Assembly (NCBI GenBank): GCA_963806225.1
Contig: CAWDXG010000004.1
Location: 1,024,001-1,088,000, forward strand
DNA: 64,000 nt
Direction: 5' to 3'
Origin: an uncultured delta proteobacterium
GTDB lineage: Bacteria; Myxococcota_A; Polyangia; Polyangiales; Polyangiaceae
In this document: piece by piece, positions 49,054 to 60,851 of the stretch
Numbering within the stretch: position 1 is the stretch's first letter
How the letters are laid out: every line of letters starts with the position of its first letter
Translations under genes and position numbers: made by a program
Notes under the pieces: model-generated
What the model was told of the DNA's origin: nothing
Database searches by the model: none
The model's input: the letters and a program-made list of their open reading frames with translations, nothing else

Positions 49054-50938
49054 TCATTTCCGTCCGGCTCCCGACGCATCGAGCGCCACCAGCAGGCTGG
49101 GCCATCCCGGCGCGGCTCCGCCGACCCGGCCGTCTGACCGCTCCGCCTCGGCGTGAACCCGGGCCAGCTGCTCCCGCACCGGACCTGCTTCCGGCCCGCG
49201 CCCCAGCAGGACCGCGATCGCTCCGGGTTCCGGCAGAACCCAACCCGCCGCAGACCAGATCCCCCGCACCACGGGAACCACGTCCTCCACCGCCACGACC
49301 AGCAGCGCCTCGGCGTCGCCGGTGGCGATCAGAATCCCAGCCCGCCAGGAGCGCCTCGGTAGCAGCCGCCGGACCGATGCCGACCGAGAAGCAGGGCCCC
49401 CGCAGGCCGAAGGCGATGGAGCATGCGCCTGGCGATAGATTCGGGGAAGTGCCCGGGAAGCGGCGCGGTTCCACGCCGCGGGCGCCACGGGATCGTCGGC
49501 GCTCGTCGAACTGGTCGTTGATGCCCAGCGTGGCAGCCGCGCTCCCGACCACAACGCCCGTGCGCTCCGGCAGCTCGCCGTCGAACTGTTCGAGCACACT
49601 GGCAACCGCGGCCACTACCAGAGAGCTCACCGCATCGAGCCGCGCGAGCTTGACGCGCTCCAATCGCGTCCGGGGCAGCACCGCGTCCACATCCAGGCTC
49701 TTCTGCGGCCGGCCAACGGCGAGCAGCCGCGGATGCGCCCGGGTACGAGCGCCGTCGCCGGCCTCGTCCCTGGCTCCCAGCACGAGCGCGGCATTCGCGC
49801 CGCCGAACGCAGCGGAGAGCTTCAAGCAGCGACGGGGGTTGCCCGACTCGTTCCGCGAAAGGAGCCGACCGCGAAACGCCGGGTCCAGCTCGCCCTCGCC
49901 AGCAGCGGCCGGCAGCACACCGCGCTCGATCGCATCGAGCCCCGCCAGGCTTTCCAGCGCGCCCCCCGCGCCCAGCGTGTGGCCGATGACGGCCTTGAAC
50001 GGATGCACCACGGCCCGCTCCACGCCGTCGCCGAGCGCAAGCTCCATTGCGCGGGCCTCGGCCGCGTCGTTGAAGGGTGTGCCCGTTGCATGCGCGCTCA
50101 CGAGCTCGACTGCGGCGACGCCGGCGTCGTCCAGCGCGGCGCGCGCGGCCCTGCCGAGGCCGCTGCCGCTCCGGTCCGGAGCGGTCGTGTGGACCGCGTC
50201 GCTGCTCGCCCCGAAGCCGAGCACGCGGCCGTACACGCGCTTCGCGCCGTGGCCGGGCAGCGCAAGCGCCACGAGCGCTGATCCTTCGCCCAGCGCCATA
50301 CCGTCGCGTCCCTGGCGGAACGGAGCCGAACGCGTCGCACTGGTCGCTCCGAGCGCCTCGAACCCGGCTGCGATGAACACCGACAGCGCATCGTAACCCC
50401 CCGCGATCACCAGATCGGCCTGGCCCAGTTCCAGACGACGGCACGCGAGCCCGACAGCGACGGTCGAGGAGGCGCAGGCCGCCAGGATCTGCGAGCGGAA
50501 GCAGAGCGGCACCTGGAGCTCTGCTTCGAGCGGCGCGATGGGTCCGAAGTAGGTCGCCGCTCTGGCCGCAGGAGCATCCAGCTTCTCGCCGCGCTCGAGC
50601 ACCTCGAAAGCGCGGAGCTGGCTCGGCATGCCGCCGCCGGAGGTCCCGATGACAAGACCGACGCGCCGCCTGCGCCAACCAGGACAGCCTGCATCGAGTT
50701 CCTCGAGCAGACCGCGCGCACTCCGCACGAGGAGAGCGGCCGCGCGGTCGAGCCCGGGCGGGATTTCCAGCCCGGCAACACGCGCTGCAAACGGACGCCT
50801 GAAGTCTGCGGCCGAGAGCTCCGGGTCCTCTGCGACCACGCTGCGGGCGGGCTCGCCGACTTCGCCGACGCTGTAGGCCGCTGGACCGTCACCAAGAGCC
50901 GAGACCGCGCCGACCGCGATCACCTCGGCGGGCTTCAT
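49054..50938 (-). CDS. Beta-ketoacyl synthase fused to a CLF-like inactive KS segment, frameshifted near 49335
   Basis: AACASS, HATGT, GHTLGA, AFGG; C-terminal RLD...FPGTSPN segment continues in the 49054-49605 frame. Confidence 0.8.
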
Positions 50939-53155
50939 GCGCTTGTCCCGGCCGCGACCAGCAACGTCAGGTACGTCCGCTCCCGCGCCCTGGAAGCGAC
51001 CAGCACCTCGTCGGCGGCGCCGCGGGCCACCAGGCCTGCGCCTGCGGCCAGCGCGAATCCGCCGATGCCTTCGTGCTGGCCGGCTGTGGCGACGACCTGG
51101 CGCCGTTCCACGGACGCCCAGGGCGAAGCGGCCAGCACGCTCTCGAAATCCGCATCGAACGCGCCCAGCACGACCAGTGCCTGCCCTTGCGGCGCCCGGA
51201 GCTCCGCCAGCGCGCCGGCTGGGTCCTTCCAGCTCTGCACGCTGGCCTCGATGGCCGCCTGTGCCTTCGCGCCGCGCGCCGCGGCCGCACTGCCGGATTC
51301 GACGACGACAAAGGCTGCGCCTTCGCTGCGGGGCACAGCGTCTGCGCCGGCATAGATGGGACCGAGTACGCCCGCGATGAACGGATCCTCGGCTTCGGAG
51401 CTGCCGGCGATCATGGCGGTGGCGAGCCCGGATTCCACGAAGGTGCGCGCCACCTCGAACCCCGCTTCCGCGCTGGTCACCAGATCACTGACACCCAGCA
51501 CCGGACCCATGAGCCCGAGGTAGATCGAGGCGTTGCCTGAAGGCGCGGACGGGACCAGATGCGGGAACTCGGCGGGACTCGCCATGCGCGGACCGCGCGA
51601 CGCCACCCGGCGCAGGAACTTCACCGAGCGCTCGACATTCCCGAACGCGGTGCCCGCCACCAATCCGACGCCGCCTGCATCGAGCTCTGCCGACGCCAGA
51701 GCGCGCTCCGCCCCTGCGCACAGCATCGCCGCAGCGCGGTCGAATCGCCGCGAACGCCCGCTGTCGAGCAGCGCCAGCGGATCGAGATCCAACCGCGACG
51801 GCACCGGGGACTCACCCGGCGTTGCGGGCGCGTAGTCGGCATTGCCCTCGCCCTCGACGACGCCCAGCGGGCCAACGCTGCCAGAGCCGGTGATCAACAG
51901 CCGCGGTTGCATAGGGCGATCGAGCCGGCGATCCGGCTCCGCGGCGTTGGAGAATGCGAGCACGGCGCCCGTGCCGCCAAACCCGAACGAGCTCGACAGC
52001 GCAGCCCTGAGCGGAGCGCGCACGCCGCGGCCCATGACGTGGCACAGCCCCGGCTCCGGGTCGGGCCGTTCAAGGCCCGCGGTCGGCGGCACTTCTCCGC
52101 GATGCGAGCGCGAGGACGGTGATCGCCGCTTCGATCGCGCCGGATGCGCCAAGCGTGTGGCCGACCTGCGCCTTGCTGGACGAGACCCTCACGCGAGCGC
52201 GGTGCTCGCCGAGCAGGCGCGCGAGCGCGCGCGCCTCCATCGCATCGTTCTGCTGCGTGCCCGTCCCGTGCGCGTTGACGTAGTCGAGCTGTTCCACCCC
52301 GAGACCGGCGCGCTCGAGCGCCATGGAAAGGAGCTTCTCCGGAATGGCCCCCGAGGGCTCCGGATGCGTGATGTGATGCGCTTCGGCGAGGATCGCGCAG
52401 GCATCGAACCACGCGAGGACCGTCGCACCCCGGGCTTCGGCCAGATGAGCAGGCTCGAGCAGAAGAAAGCCAGCCGCCTCGCCCAGCCCGAGCCCCGCGC
52501 GGGAGACGTCGAACGGCCGGCACAGCTCCGGGTCCACGGCACCCAGCGAGTTGAATCCGGTGAAGGTGAGCCGGCACAGGCCGTCGGTGCCTCCCACGAG
52601 CACCCGCTCGCACACTCCCCGGTGCAACCAGGCTGCGCCCTGGGCGATCGCGATCGCGCCACTGGAGCACGCACTGCAGAGCGAGACCGCGCGCTCGACC
52701 GGACCCAGCGTCCGGGAGACGCGTTCGGCCGACGTCGAAAGCGGGTACGACAGGAGACGGCGCACCGCGTCCCCCGGCGCATCGACGGGCGGCAGGTCGG
52801 CCAGCACGGCTTCGGCCTCGAGCATGCCGCCCGTCGTGCCGCCCAATGCAAGCCCGATTCCGCTCGTGCCGGGCTCGAGTCCCGCCATCTGCAGTGCCTC
52901 GCGCGCTGCGACCACGGCCATCGCATCGCTGCGGGACCATGCGTCGGCTTCGCCGCGCGGAGCGATGTCGTGCACGCGCAGATCGCGGATCTCAGCGGCG
53001 ATATGGCTGTGCTGCCCCTCCACATCGAACAGCGTGACAGGCCCAAAACCGCGCTCGCCCGCCATCAGACGCGACATGCTCGTCGCGGAATCGGGACCGA
53101 GGGCCGAAACAATGCCCACTCCCGTCACCGCAAGTCGCTCGCGGGTGTTGCTCAT
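50935..53155 (-). CDS. Beta-ketoacyl synthase fused to a CLF-like domain, frameshifted near 52105
   Basis: SACSSG, NAHGTGT, VGHTLGA; after the shift VPPTAGL...SSSFGFGG, then SRRFDR...SPAEFPHLV...SEGAA. Confidence 0.85.
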
Positions 53156-53225
53156 CGGGATCTGTCCGCGCGGCATGCCCGATACCTCGATGCGTCAAGG
53201 CACTCGTACACAGAGTCGCGGTGCA

Positions 53226-53489
53226 TCAGGCTGCGTTGGCCGCTGCGATGTGGTCCGCGATCGTCGCGACCGAAGCGAAGATCGCCTTCGCTTCCTCGCC
53301 TTCCGGAATGCGGACTCCGAAGCGCTCCTCGATCGCCATGGCGAGTTGCAGAGCGTCGAGCGAATCGAGGCCTAGCCCCTCCCCGAACAGTGGCGCGTCG
53401 TCGACAATGTCCGACTCCACGCGGTCCCTGAGATCAAGCTCCTCGATGAGGAGCCGTTTGATTGCCAGCTTCAGATCCTCGCGGTCCAT
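53226..53489 (-). CDS. Acyl carrier protein (aryl-polyene/type II PKS-like)
   Basis: PLFGEGLGLDSLDAL phosphopantetheine site; 87 aa, acidic. Confidence 0.92.
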   Translation of the reverse strand: MDREDLKLAIKRLLIEELDLRDRVESDIVDDAPLFGEGLGLDSLDALQLAMAIEERFGVRIPEGEEAKAIFASVATIADHIAAANAA

Positions 53490-53663
53490 GCTTCAGGTAC
53501 GGGAGCAAAGCATAGCTTTGGCGGTCGCGCGAGGCTCCCGTTCAACGACCCGCGAGGAAGCGCTCCCGGGCGGCGGATTCCACGCGCTGTCCGACCCTGC
53601 CCAGGGGGCCGAACGGCCGATGCCGGGACCACTTCGGGGTCCGGAACGCTCCGTGTTGACTAG

Positions 53664-53795
53664 CATCAACTCCCCGCCGGCAGGCCGGCGGGGCCTGGAC
53701 ACGAGATGATGAAGGTGCTCGACGAAGCGCTCCTGGAGGCTCGCTTCGATCCGGGCGTGCGCGTGATCTGCTCACCGGCACGGGCGACAAGACGC
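53664..53795 (+). pseudogene. Possible remnant of an enoyl-CoA hydratase N-terminus
   Basis: Across frameshifts it reads INSPPA...[30 protein letters not shown], a crotonase-like N-terminal pattern. Confidence 0.45.
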
Positions 53796-53802
53796 CTGCA
53801 GC

Positions 53803-54827
<1,025 letters not shown>

Positions 54828-55037
54828 GTGATTTCCAGATGTTCCGGGTTGGCGGCCGCAACGGAGCGGCCCGGGCGGGGCGGCGGGTGCCGCCGGGCAG
54901 CGCAGCTTAGCACCCACGGAATCGATGCAATCAAGCCAGGATCGGCTCGACGACTGCTCCAGACCCGCGGGCCGGACCCCGGGCCTGGCGCCGTGGCAGT
55001 TGCGGGGACCCGGCCAGGCGTGTATCCGGACGCGACG

Positions 55038-55238
55038 ATGGGACACGGGCCGGAGGCGGGAGACGCAGGCGCGAGCGCTCCGGCTCCCCGCATAATCGTA
55101 GAGCGCCCGCCCCCGGGGCTGGCGCGCGGACGCTATGCGTGGCCCGCCTGGGGCATCGGGCTGGTCGGTGGCACGGTTGTCCTCCTGGGACTGGTCTGGA
55201 TGGTATGGCGGCTCGGCCGGTCCGGAAGAAATCGATGA
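55038..55238 (+). CDS. Small single-TM membrane protein
   Basis: 66 aa with one hydrophobic helix; stop overlaps the next ATG. Confidence 0.55.
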   Translation: MGHGPEAGDAGASAPAPRIIVERPPPGLARGRYAWPAWGIGLVGGTVVLLGLVWMVWRLGRSGRNR

Positions 55239-56248
55239 AGACATTCCTGCGGCGGGCGGTCATCGCGATGCTGATCGGCGTCGCCCTGTACGGCGTGTTC
55301 GTCGCGTACGCCGGCTACTCGAAGATCAAAAGCAGCCTCGAGATCTTCCACTACAGCGCGTTCATCGCAGCGCTCGGCCTGGCGCTCGTCAACTACCTCG
55401 CGCGCTACTTCAAGTGGGAGTACTACCTGAAGCGGCTGCAGATCCGTCATGTCCGGAAGTTCGACAGCCTGCTGATCTTCCTGTCCGGTTTCGTCCTGAC
55501 CGTGACGCCCGGCAAGGTCGGCGAGGTCTTCAAGTGCGCGGTGCTCAAGCAGACACACGGCGTCCCGGCGTCGCGTACCGCCCCCATCATCGTCGCCGAG
55601 CGGATGACCGACGTGATCGGCGTGATCATCCTGATCGTCGTGGGCAGCGCAGGCTTCCACGGCGGACTGCCCTGGGCCGCAGCGGGCACGGCGGCCGTGG
55701 CTGTCGGTCTGACGCTGATCCTGTGGCGCAGGCCCTTGCTCACGGTCATCGGCTGGATCGAGCGCGGACCGGAGCGCCTGCGCCCGCTCGGCCCGAAGCT
55801 CCACGAGTCGTTCAACAGCCTGCGAATCCTGGCAAGCCCAGGCGCGCTCTTGTACCCGGCCTTCCTGTCGGTCATCGGCTGGGGCGCGGAGGGCGTCGGA
55901 CTCGATCTGCTGCTGCGCGGCTTCGGGGGACATCCGAGCGTCATGCTCAGCATCTTCTTCTACGCGACCGCGACCCTCGCGGGCGCGGTCATCCCCGTGC
56001 CCGGCGGCCTGGGCATCACCGAGACGATGATCCAACAGCAGCTGGTGGAGATCGGACACGTCGGACTCGGGGTGGCCACGTCGTCGATGATCCTGATCCG
56101 CTTCTCCACGCTGTGGTTCGCCGTGGTGATCGGGTTCTTGGCGCTGACGCTGCTGCGCACCCGGTATCCATCGTTGCTTGCCGAGGGGGAGCCGGTTCCG
56201 CCGCAGGTGCTCCCGACCGATACCGGCCGCGACGAGGCGACGCCCTAG
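55235..56248 (+). CDS. Lysylphosphatidylglycerol synthase TM / UPF0104 flippase-like protein
   Basis: VTPGKVGE, AERMTD, PVPGGLGITE, LIRFSTLWF. Confidence 0.85.
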   Translation: MKTFLRRAVIAMLIGVALYGVFVAYAGYSKIKSSLEIFHYSAFIAALGLALVNYLARYFKWEYYLKRLQIRHVRKFDSLLIFLSGFVLTVTPGKVGEVFKCAVLKQTHGVPASRTAPIIVAERMTDVIGVIILIVVGSAGFHGGLPWAAAGTAAVAVGLTLILWRRPLLTVIGWIERGPERLRPLGPKLHESFNSLRILASPGALLYPAFLSVIGWGAEGVGLDLLLRGFGGHPSVMLSIFFYATATLAGAVIPVPGGLGITETMIQQQLVEIGHVGLGVATSSMILIRFSTLWFAVVIGFLALTLLRTRYPSLLAEGEPVPPQVLPTDTGRDEATP

Positions 56249-57213
56249 TCCAGCGCCCGCAGTCGCTCGAGCGCGCGTTGCATCTCCACGGGCAGCGGCG
56301 CCTCGAAGCGCAGCCAACGCTGATCGACAGGATGCGAAAAGCCCAGCACCGCTGCGTGCAGGGCCTGCCGACCGAGCTCTTCGGCGATTTCGCGCAGCGC
56401 AGGGTCGTGTGGGACCCCGCCGTAGAGACGGTCAGCCAGTATCGGGGTCCGCGTCTGCTCGGAAAGATGCACGCGGATCTGGTGGGTGCGGCCGGTCTCC
56501 AGCCTGCACTCGACGAGCGAGGCGCGTCCGCCGGCCAGTTTCTCGACGAGCGCGACGTGCGTCACCGCGTCGCGCCCGCGCTCCACGCGCGAGCTGAAAC
56601 GCAAGCGCGAACGGGGATCGCGAGCGTGCAGGCTGCGGATCGTGCCTTGTCGCGGCACGCCCACGCAGATCGCGCGGTAGGCGCGCTCGATGCTGTGCTC
56701 CGAGAACTGGGCCTTGAGCCCCTCGCGGGTTTGCTCGTCCCGCGCGACGACCAGCACGCCGCTGGTGTCCTTGTCGATGCGGTGCACGATGCCCGGCCGC
56801 ATCGGCCCCTCGGCGTCCCGCGGATCGCTGGGCGGGCGCGCGAAGCGAGCCAGCAGACCGTTGACGAGCGTGCCGCGCGCGTGCCCGCGCGCCGGGTGCA
56901 CGACCATCCCGGCGGGCTTGTCGATCACCACCAGATGGGCGTCCTCGTACAGCACCGAGAGCTCGACGCTCGCATCGGGCTCGGCGCGGCTCGGCGGTGG
57001 AGGCCCCGGCTCCACCTCGATGACGCTCCCCGCCTCGACGGAGTCGCGCGCACGGCAGCTCCGGCCGTCGAGCAGAACCCGACCCTCGGCGATCCAGCGC
57101 TGGATCGTGGCCCGCGAGGTGCCGGGCATCAGGCGCGACAGCGCCTTGTCCAGGCGCTCGCGAGGCAGTCCGGCTTCGAGCACGAAGCGGCGCACGCTCC
57201 GCGCGCTGGCCAT
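56245..57213 (-). CDS. rluD: RluA/RluD-family pseudouridine synthase
   Basis: S4 (ERLDKAL), DKPAGMVVHP, IVHRIDKDTSG, LETGRTHQIRVH, QALHA. Confidence 0.88.
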   Translation of the reverse strand: MASARSVRRFVLEAGLPRERLDKALSRLMPGTSRATIQRWIAEGRVLLDGRSCRARDSVEAGSVIEVEPGPPPPSRAEPDASVELSVLYEDAHLVVIDKPAGMVVHPARGHARGTLVNGLLARFARPPSDPRDAEGPMRPGIVHRIDKDTSGVLVVARDEQTREGLKAQFSEHSIERAYRAICVGVPRQGTIRSLHARDPRSRLRFSSRVERGRDAVTHVALVEKLAGGRASLVECRLETGRTHQIRVHLSEQTRTPILADRLYGGVPHDPALREIAEELGRQALHAAVLGFSHPVDQRWLRFEAPLPVEMQRALERLRALD

Positions 57214-57243
57214 CCCAAAGCCCCGGAGCGCGGCGCCGCAGCG

Positions 57244-57507
57244 CTACCAGATGCTGCTCTTGATGTGACCCTTGGACTTGACCAGGATGTCGACCAGAGC
57301 GCGATCGTAGAAGTTTCGCTGATAGAGGTCGGGGGCGACGCGGCTCTTGTACAGCGCCCGTCCTTCCTCGATCTCCTCGCTGAGCTCGTTGAACAGCGTA
57401 TCGTTCTCGATACCGCGGATGATCTTTTCCTCGTTGTAGAGGGAAAGGTCGCTGGCAATCGCCCGGGCCAACCGGCGCGCGGCCTCTTCGGTCTCGATGA
57501 GCGGCAT
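57244..57507 (-). CDS. Small helical hypothetical protein
   Basis: 87 aa, AARRLARAIASDLSLYN; AGGAG RBS; coding bias. Confidence 0.75.
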   Translation of the reverse strand: MPLIETEEAARRLARAIASDLSLYNEEKIIRGIENDTLFNELSEEIEEGRALYKSRVAPDLYQRNFYDRALVDILVKSKGHIKSSIW

Positions 57508-57563
57508 GCGTTCTCCTTCCCGCGCAGTATCGCCCGAGCCGCCGCGGGGTGTCAAAACAGCCG

Positions 57564-59036
57564 CTATCCCACCTCAGGCCCGGGAAACCCCGAGGCGCCC
57601 GCCGGCGCCGGCGGGGCCCGGCCGGGGCGCCGCAGGAACAGACTCCCGGCCAGCGCGGAGATCAGCGTGAAGCAGACGATCGAGTAGCGCCCGGAACCGA
57701 AGAACACCGCGTGGGTGGCCGCGGTGAGCGCGACAGTGCCCGCCGCAAGCGCCGCCGGAGGATGGTCGGAGAGGGCCCGGCCGGCGACGACAGCGCACAC
57801 CGCCATGCCCAGATAGGCAACCCACGCGGCGTGCAGGAACAGGAACACCCCAGCGAGGGCGGCCACGGCGCGACGCGCCCTCCGGCGGGGCGCAGGCCAG
57901 AGCGCGAGGGCGAGGAGGGCGAGCAGCACCTCGAGCCGCTCCCACACGGTCTCGATCACGCCGAGCCGCAGCTTGTCGCGGAAATCGAAGGCGCGCGGGT
58001 TCGACGAGTGCAGGTACCACCCCGGGGCTCCCGAGTAGTCGAACGTCCCGGCCAGCTTCGCTGGCATCAGGCCGATGAAGTGGCCGGGGTGCCGCGCGAT
58101 CTGCTGGAGCGCAGCGCTTCCGAAACAAGCGTCCTTCTCCGCCTCGTCGAACACGTTCCGGCAGCGCGGCGGAATACCTGCGCGCTCGATCGGCACCCAG
58201 GTTCCGGTCGCGCCGGGCCCCGCGCCGATCAGCAGGTTCCAGCCTCCGTTCGCGCTCACGAACACGCAGCGCCCCATGCGCGCGCAGTTGCGCGCGGTCC
58301 ACGGCAGGCACACCGCGAGCGCAACCAGCGACGCGACGAGCGCTCCGCGCAGGCGGCGCATCCAGGGCCGTGACGCCTCGCGCGGTGTGCGCCCCGAACA
58401 GGCGAGCGCGCCGAACAGCGGCGCGAGCAACAGCGATTGGGGGCGCACCATCGTGGTCGCGCCCAGCACGAGCCCCAGCGCGACCCACCAGCCGCGCGGC
58501 GCGTCGGCTCGACGGGCGCGCACGACGAGCCACGCGGCCAGTGCGATCAGCGCGGCCACAACGCCCTCCGTCATCAGCGCGGGCGTGTAGAAGACCAGCG
58601 CCGGGTGCAGCGCGACCAGCAGGGCGGCCAGCACCGCGCCCCGGCGCGTCGCGACACTGGCCGCCACCTGGTGCACAGCCAGCACGGCGAGCGTGCCGAG
58701 CGCGGCGTTGAAGGCCATCGCAACGACGGGATGCTCGCCGAACAGCGCGTACAGACCGCCGATGATCGCAGGGTAGCCAACGGGATAGTGCGCGGCGTAC
58801 GTGACCGTGCCGTCCGGCCACAGCCAGGTGTAGCCGTGCCCTTCGGCGATCCGCGTCGCAATCACGTGGTAGAAGTGCCCGTCGTCGGCCGGCGGAAAGC
58901 GCCCTGCAGCCCACACCACGACGACAACCCGCGCGACCAGCCCCAGCGCTGCGCAAGCCAGCGCGTCGCCGAAGCGCGGCGCGGCGCCGCGCCCCCGGAG
59001 CAGGCGCGAAAGCAGGGAGGGCCCGCTGGCGGTCAC
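57564..59036 (-). CDS. GT-C fold membrane glycosyltransferase (PMT/ArnT-like)
   Basis: DD..FYH, GY, YPVGYP, LMTE, VRP, PWTARN, NGGWNL; GTG start overlaps the maf stop. Confidence 0.8.
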   Translation of the reverse strand: MTASGPSLLSRLLRGRGAAPRFGDALACAALGLVARVVVVVWAAGRFPPADDGHFYHVIATRIAEGHGYTWLWPDGTVTYAAHYPVGYPAIIGGLYALFGEHPVVAMAFNAALGTLAVLAVHQVAASVATRRGAVLAALLVALHPALVFYTPALMTEGVVAALIALAAWLVVRARRADAPRGWWVALGLVLGATTMVRPQSLLLAPLFGALACSGRTPREASRPWMRRLRGALVASLVALAVCLPWTARNCARMGRCVFVSANGGWNLLIGAGPGATGTWVPIERAGIPPRCRNVFDEAEKDACFGSAALQQIARHPGHFIGLMPAKLAGTFDYSGAPGWYLHSSNPRAFDFRDKLRLGVIETVWERLEVLLALLALALWPAPRRRARRAVAALAGVFLFLHAAWVAYLGMAVCAVVAGRALSDHPPAALAAGTVALTAATHAVFFGSGRYSIVCFTLISALAGSLFLRRPGRAPPAPAGASGFPGPEVG

Positions 59037-59641
59037 GGGTAGTCTGCGAGCAGGCCCGCGCTCTGGAGATCGACGATGACCTCGCAGGCCGGCAGCCCGA
59101 CCACGTTGGTGTACGAGCCCTCGATCCGCTCGACGAGGAAGGAGCCGATGCCCTGGACGGCGTAGGCGCCGGCCTTGTCCAGCCCTTCGCCGGTACGGAC
59201 GTAGCGGTCGAGCTCGTCCCCTCGCGCCGTGCGCATCGTGACCCGGGAGACCACGGTCCGTTCGACCGCCGGCTCCGGCGCCCCGGCGTGCGCGATCGCG
59301 TAGCGCGTGTGGACAGTGTGTGTCCGTCCCGATAGGCGCCGCAGGAGCTCCAGAGCATGCTCCGGGCTGTCGGGCTTGCCGAGTATCTGCCGGTCGACAA
59401 CCACGATCGTATCGGCGACGAGCACGCCGGCCAGGGGCGCCTCGGCGGCGAGCGGCTCGACGGCACGGAGCTTCTGGCGAACCACCCGCTCGAGGAACTG
59501 CTCCACGTCCTCGGTCGCCCCCACCTGCTCGTCGATTCCCGCGCTGACCACCCGGATGGGCACGCGCAGCGTCGAAAGGATGGCGCGACGACGTGGGGAC
59601 GCCGAACCGAGCACGAGGGGGGTCTCCGGAGCGATCTGCAT
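59033..59641 (-). CDS. maf: Maf family nucleoside triphosphate pyrophosphatase
   Basis: LGSASPRR, ADTIV, ILGKP, DKAGAY, GSYTNVVGLP. Confidence 0.93.
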   Translation of the reverse strand: MQIAPETPLVLGSASPRRRAILSTLRVPIRVVSAGIDEQVGATEDVEQFLERVVRQKLRAVEPLAAEAPLAGVLVADTIVVVDRQILGKPDSPEHALELLRRLSGRTHTVHTRYAIAHAGAPEPAVERTVVSRVTMRTARGDELDRYVRTGEGLDKAGAYAVQGIGSFLVERIEGSYTNVVGLPACEVIVDLQSAGLLADYP

Positions 59642-59792
59642 CGTTTCCAGACGCGCCGCCCACTTCCGGACGCGCGGCCCGCCGAGGGATAGCACGGGGG
59701 GCGTGGGCCACGAAACAGCGCCTATCCTGCCCCGGAGCAAGAGCTCCCCCTCCCGGGCAGCGTCCGACTATGGTCGGCGTGGACCCCGCCCC

Positions 59793-60842
59793 ATGCCCAG
59801 AACCGCGCTCTCACTACTCCTCGCAATCGCGCTGGCGACGGTCGCGCTGCCGGCCTCTGCCGACCCCTGCAAGCCCGACAACGGGCTGTCGAGCTGCATC
59901 GACGCGAACGCCCTGTGGATGGCGCCGGAAGGCGGTCGCTTCGTCGCAATCCCGGCCGCTCGCACACTGCCCGCCGGGCGCTTCACCTTCGGCGTGGGGG
60001 CAAGCTACCTGTCGCACCCCATCGTGCTGGATGCTCCGTCGCCGGATCCGGACGGGCGCGAGATCCGGGTCGTCGATGATGCGGTCGACGCGACGCTGCT
60101 CTGGGCCTACGGCGCGACGCACCGGCTCGAGCTCGGTGCGGCCCTGCCGATGGTGCTGTACCAGACGGGCGCCGGCATCGCCGGCCTGACCTCGCAGAGC
60201 GCGCCTCCCATCGCGCGCAGCGCAGCGCGCGATCCGCGCATCGACGCGGCGTACGCGCTGATCGACCGGAAGCTCGATGCAACGAGTCGGGTCGCTGCCA
60301 AGGCGCGGCTCGCGCTCGGCCTTCCTTTCGGGGACCAGCAGTCCTTTGCCGGCGATCGCTCCTTCGTCCTGGCTCCGTCTCTTGTCTCCAGCATCGCCCT
60401 GGGTCGCTTCTACGCCTCCGGCTCCGTGGGGCTCAGGCTCAGGCAGACCGCGGAACTCGCGGGCGCACGGCTGGGCTCCGAGCTCTGGAGCGCTTTGGGT
60501 GCGGGCGTCGAAATCCTGCCGCGCCGGCTGCTGTCGTTCAGCGCGGAGGCGTGGGCCCTGCCGACTCTGGCATCGCAGGATCACACGCTGCCGGACGGGA
60601 CCCACATCCGGAACGGCGTGCTGGCGCCGGCGGAGTGGCTCGCGTCGTTCGGGTCGTCACCCCTGTCGAGTGGCGAGCTGACGTTCCAGGCCGGCGGCGG
60701 CATGGCCATACCGCTGTCGGGCGATCAGCGCGTCGCGCCCGGCGGCACGACCAGCACCGAGCACTTCGCGGGCATCACGACGCCGCGCTTCCGCGTGGTC
60801 TTCGTCGTGCGCTACGTGCCGCGCTCCGACGGCACGCACTGA
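59793..60842 (+). CDS. Probable outer-membrane beta-barrel protein
   Basis: Signal peptide (ASA|DP), amphipathic strands, C-terminal PRFRVVFVVRYVP. Confidence 0.65.
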   Translation: MPRTALSLLLAIALATVALPASADPCKPDNGLSSCIDANALWMAPEGGRFVAIPAARTLPAGRFTFGVGASYLSHPIVLDAPSPDPDGREIRVVDDAVDATLLWAYGATHRLELGAALPMVLYQTGAGIAGLTSQSAPPIARSAARDPRIDAAYALIDRKLDATSRVAAKARLALGLPFGDQQSFAGDRSFVLAPSLVSSIALGRFYASGSVGLRLRQTAELAGARLGSELWSALGAGVEILPRRLLSFSAEAWALPTLASQDHTLPDGTHIRNGVLAPAEWLASFGSSPLSSGELTFQAGGGMAIPLSGDQRVAPGGTTSTEHFAGITTPRFRVVFVVRYVPRSDGTH

Positions 60843-60851
60843 GGCAGCCGA

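Noticed and set aside
48479..50938. Apparent 819-aa ketosynthase-lipoprotein fusion
   Set aside because: An extra T near 49335 shifts the frame. The KS ends at 49054 and the lipoprotein has its own signal peptide from 48967.
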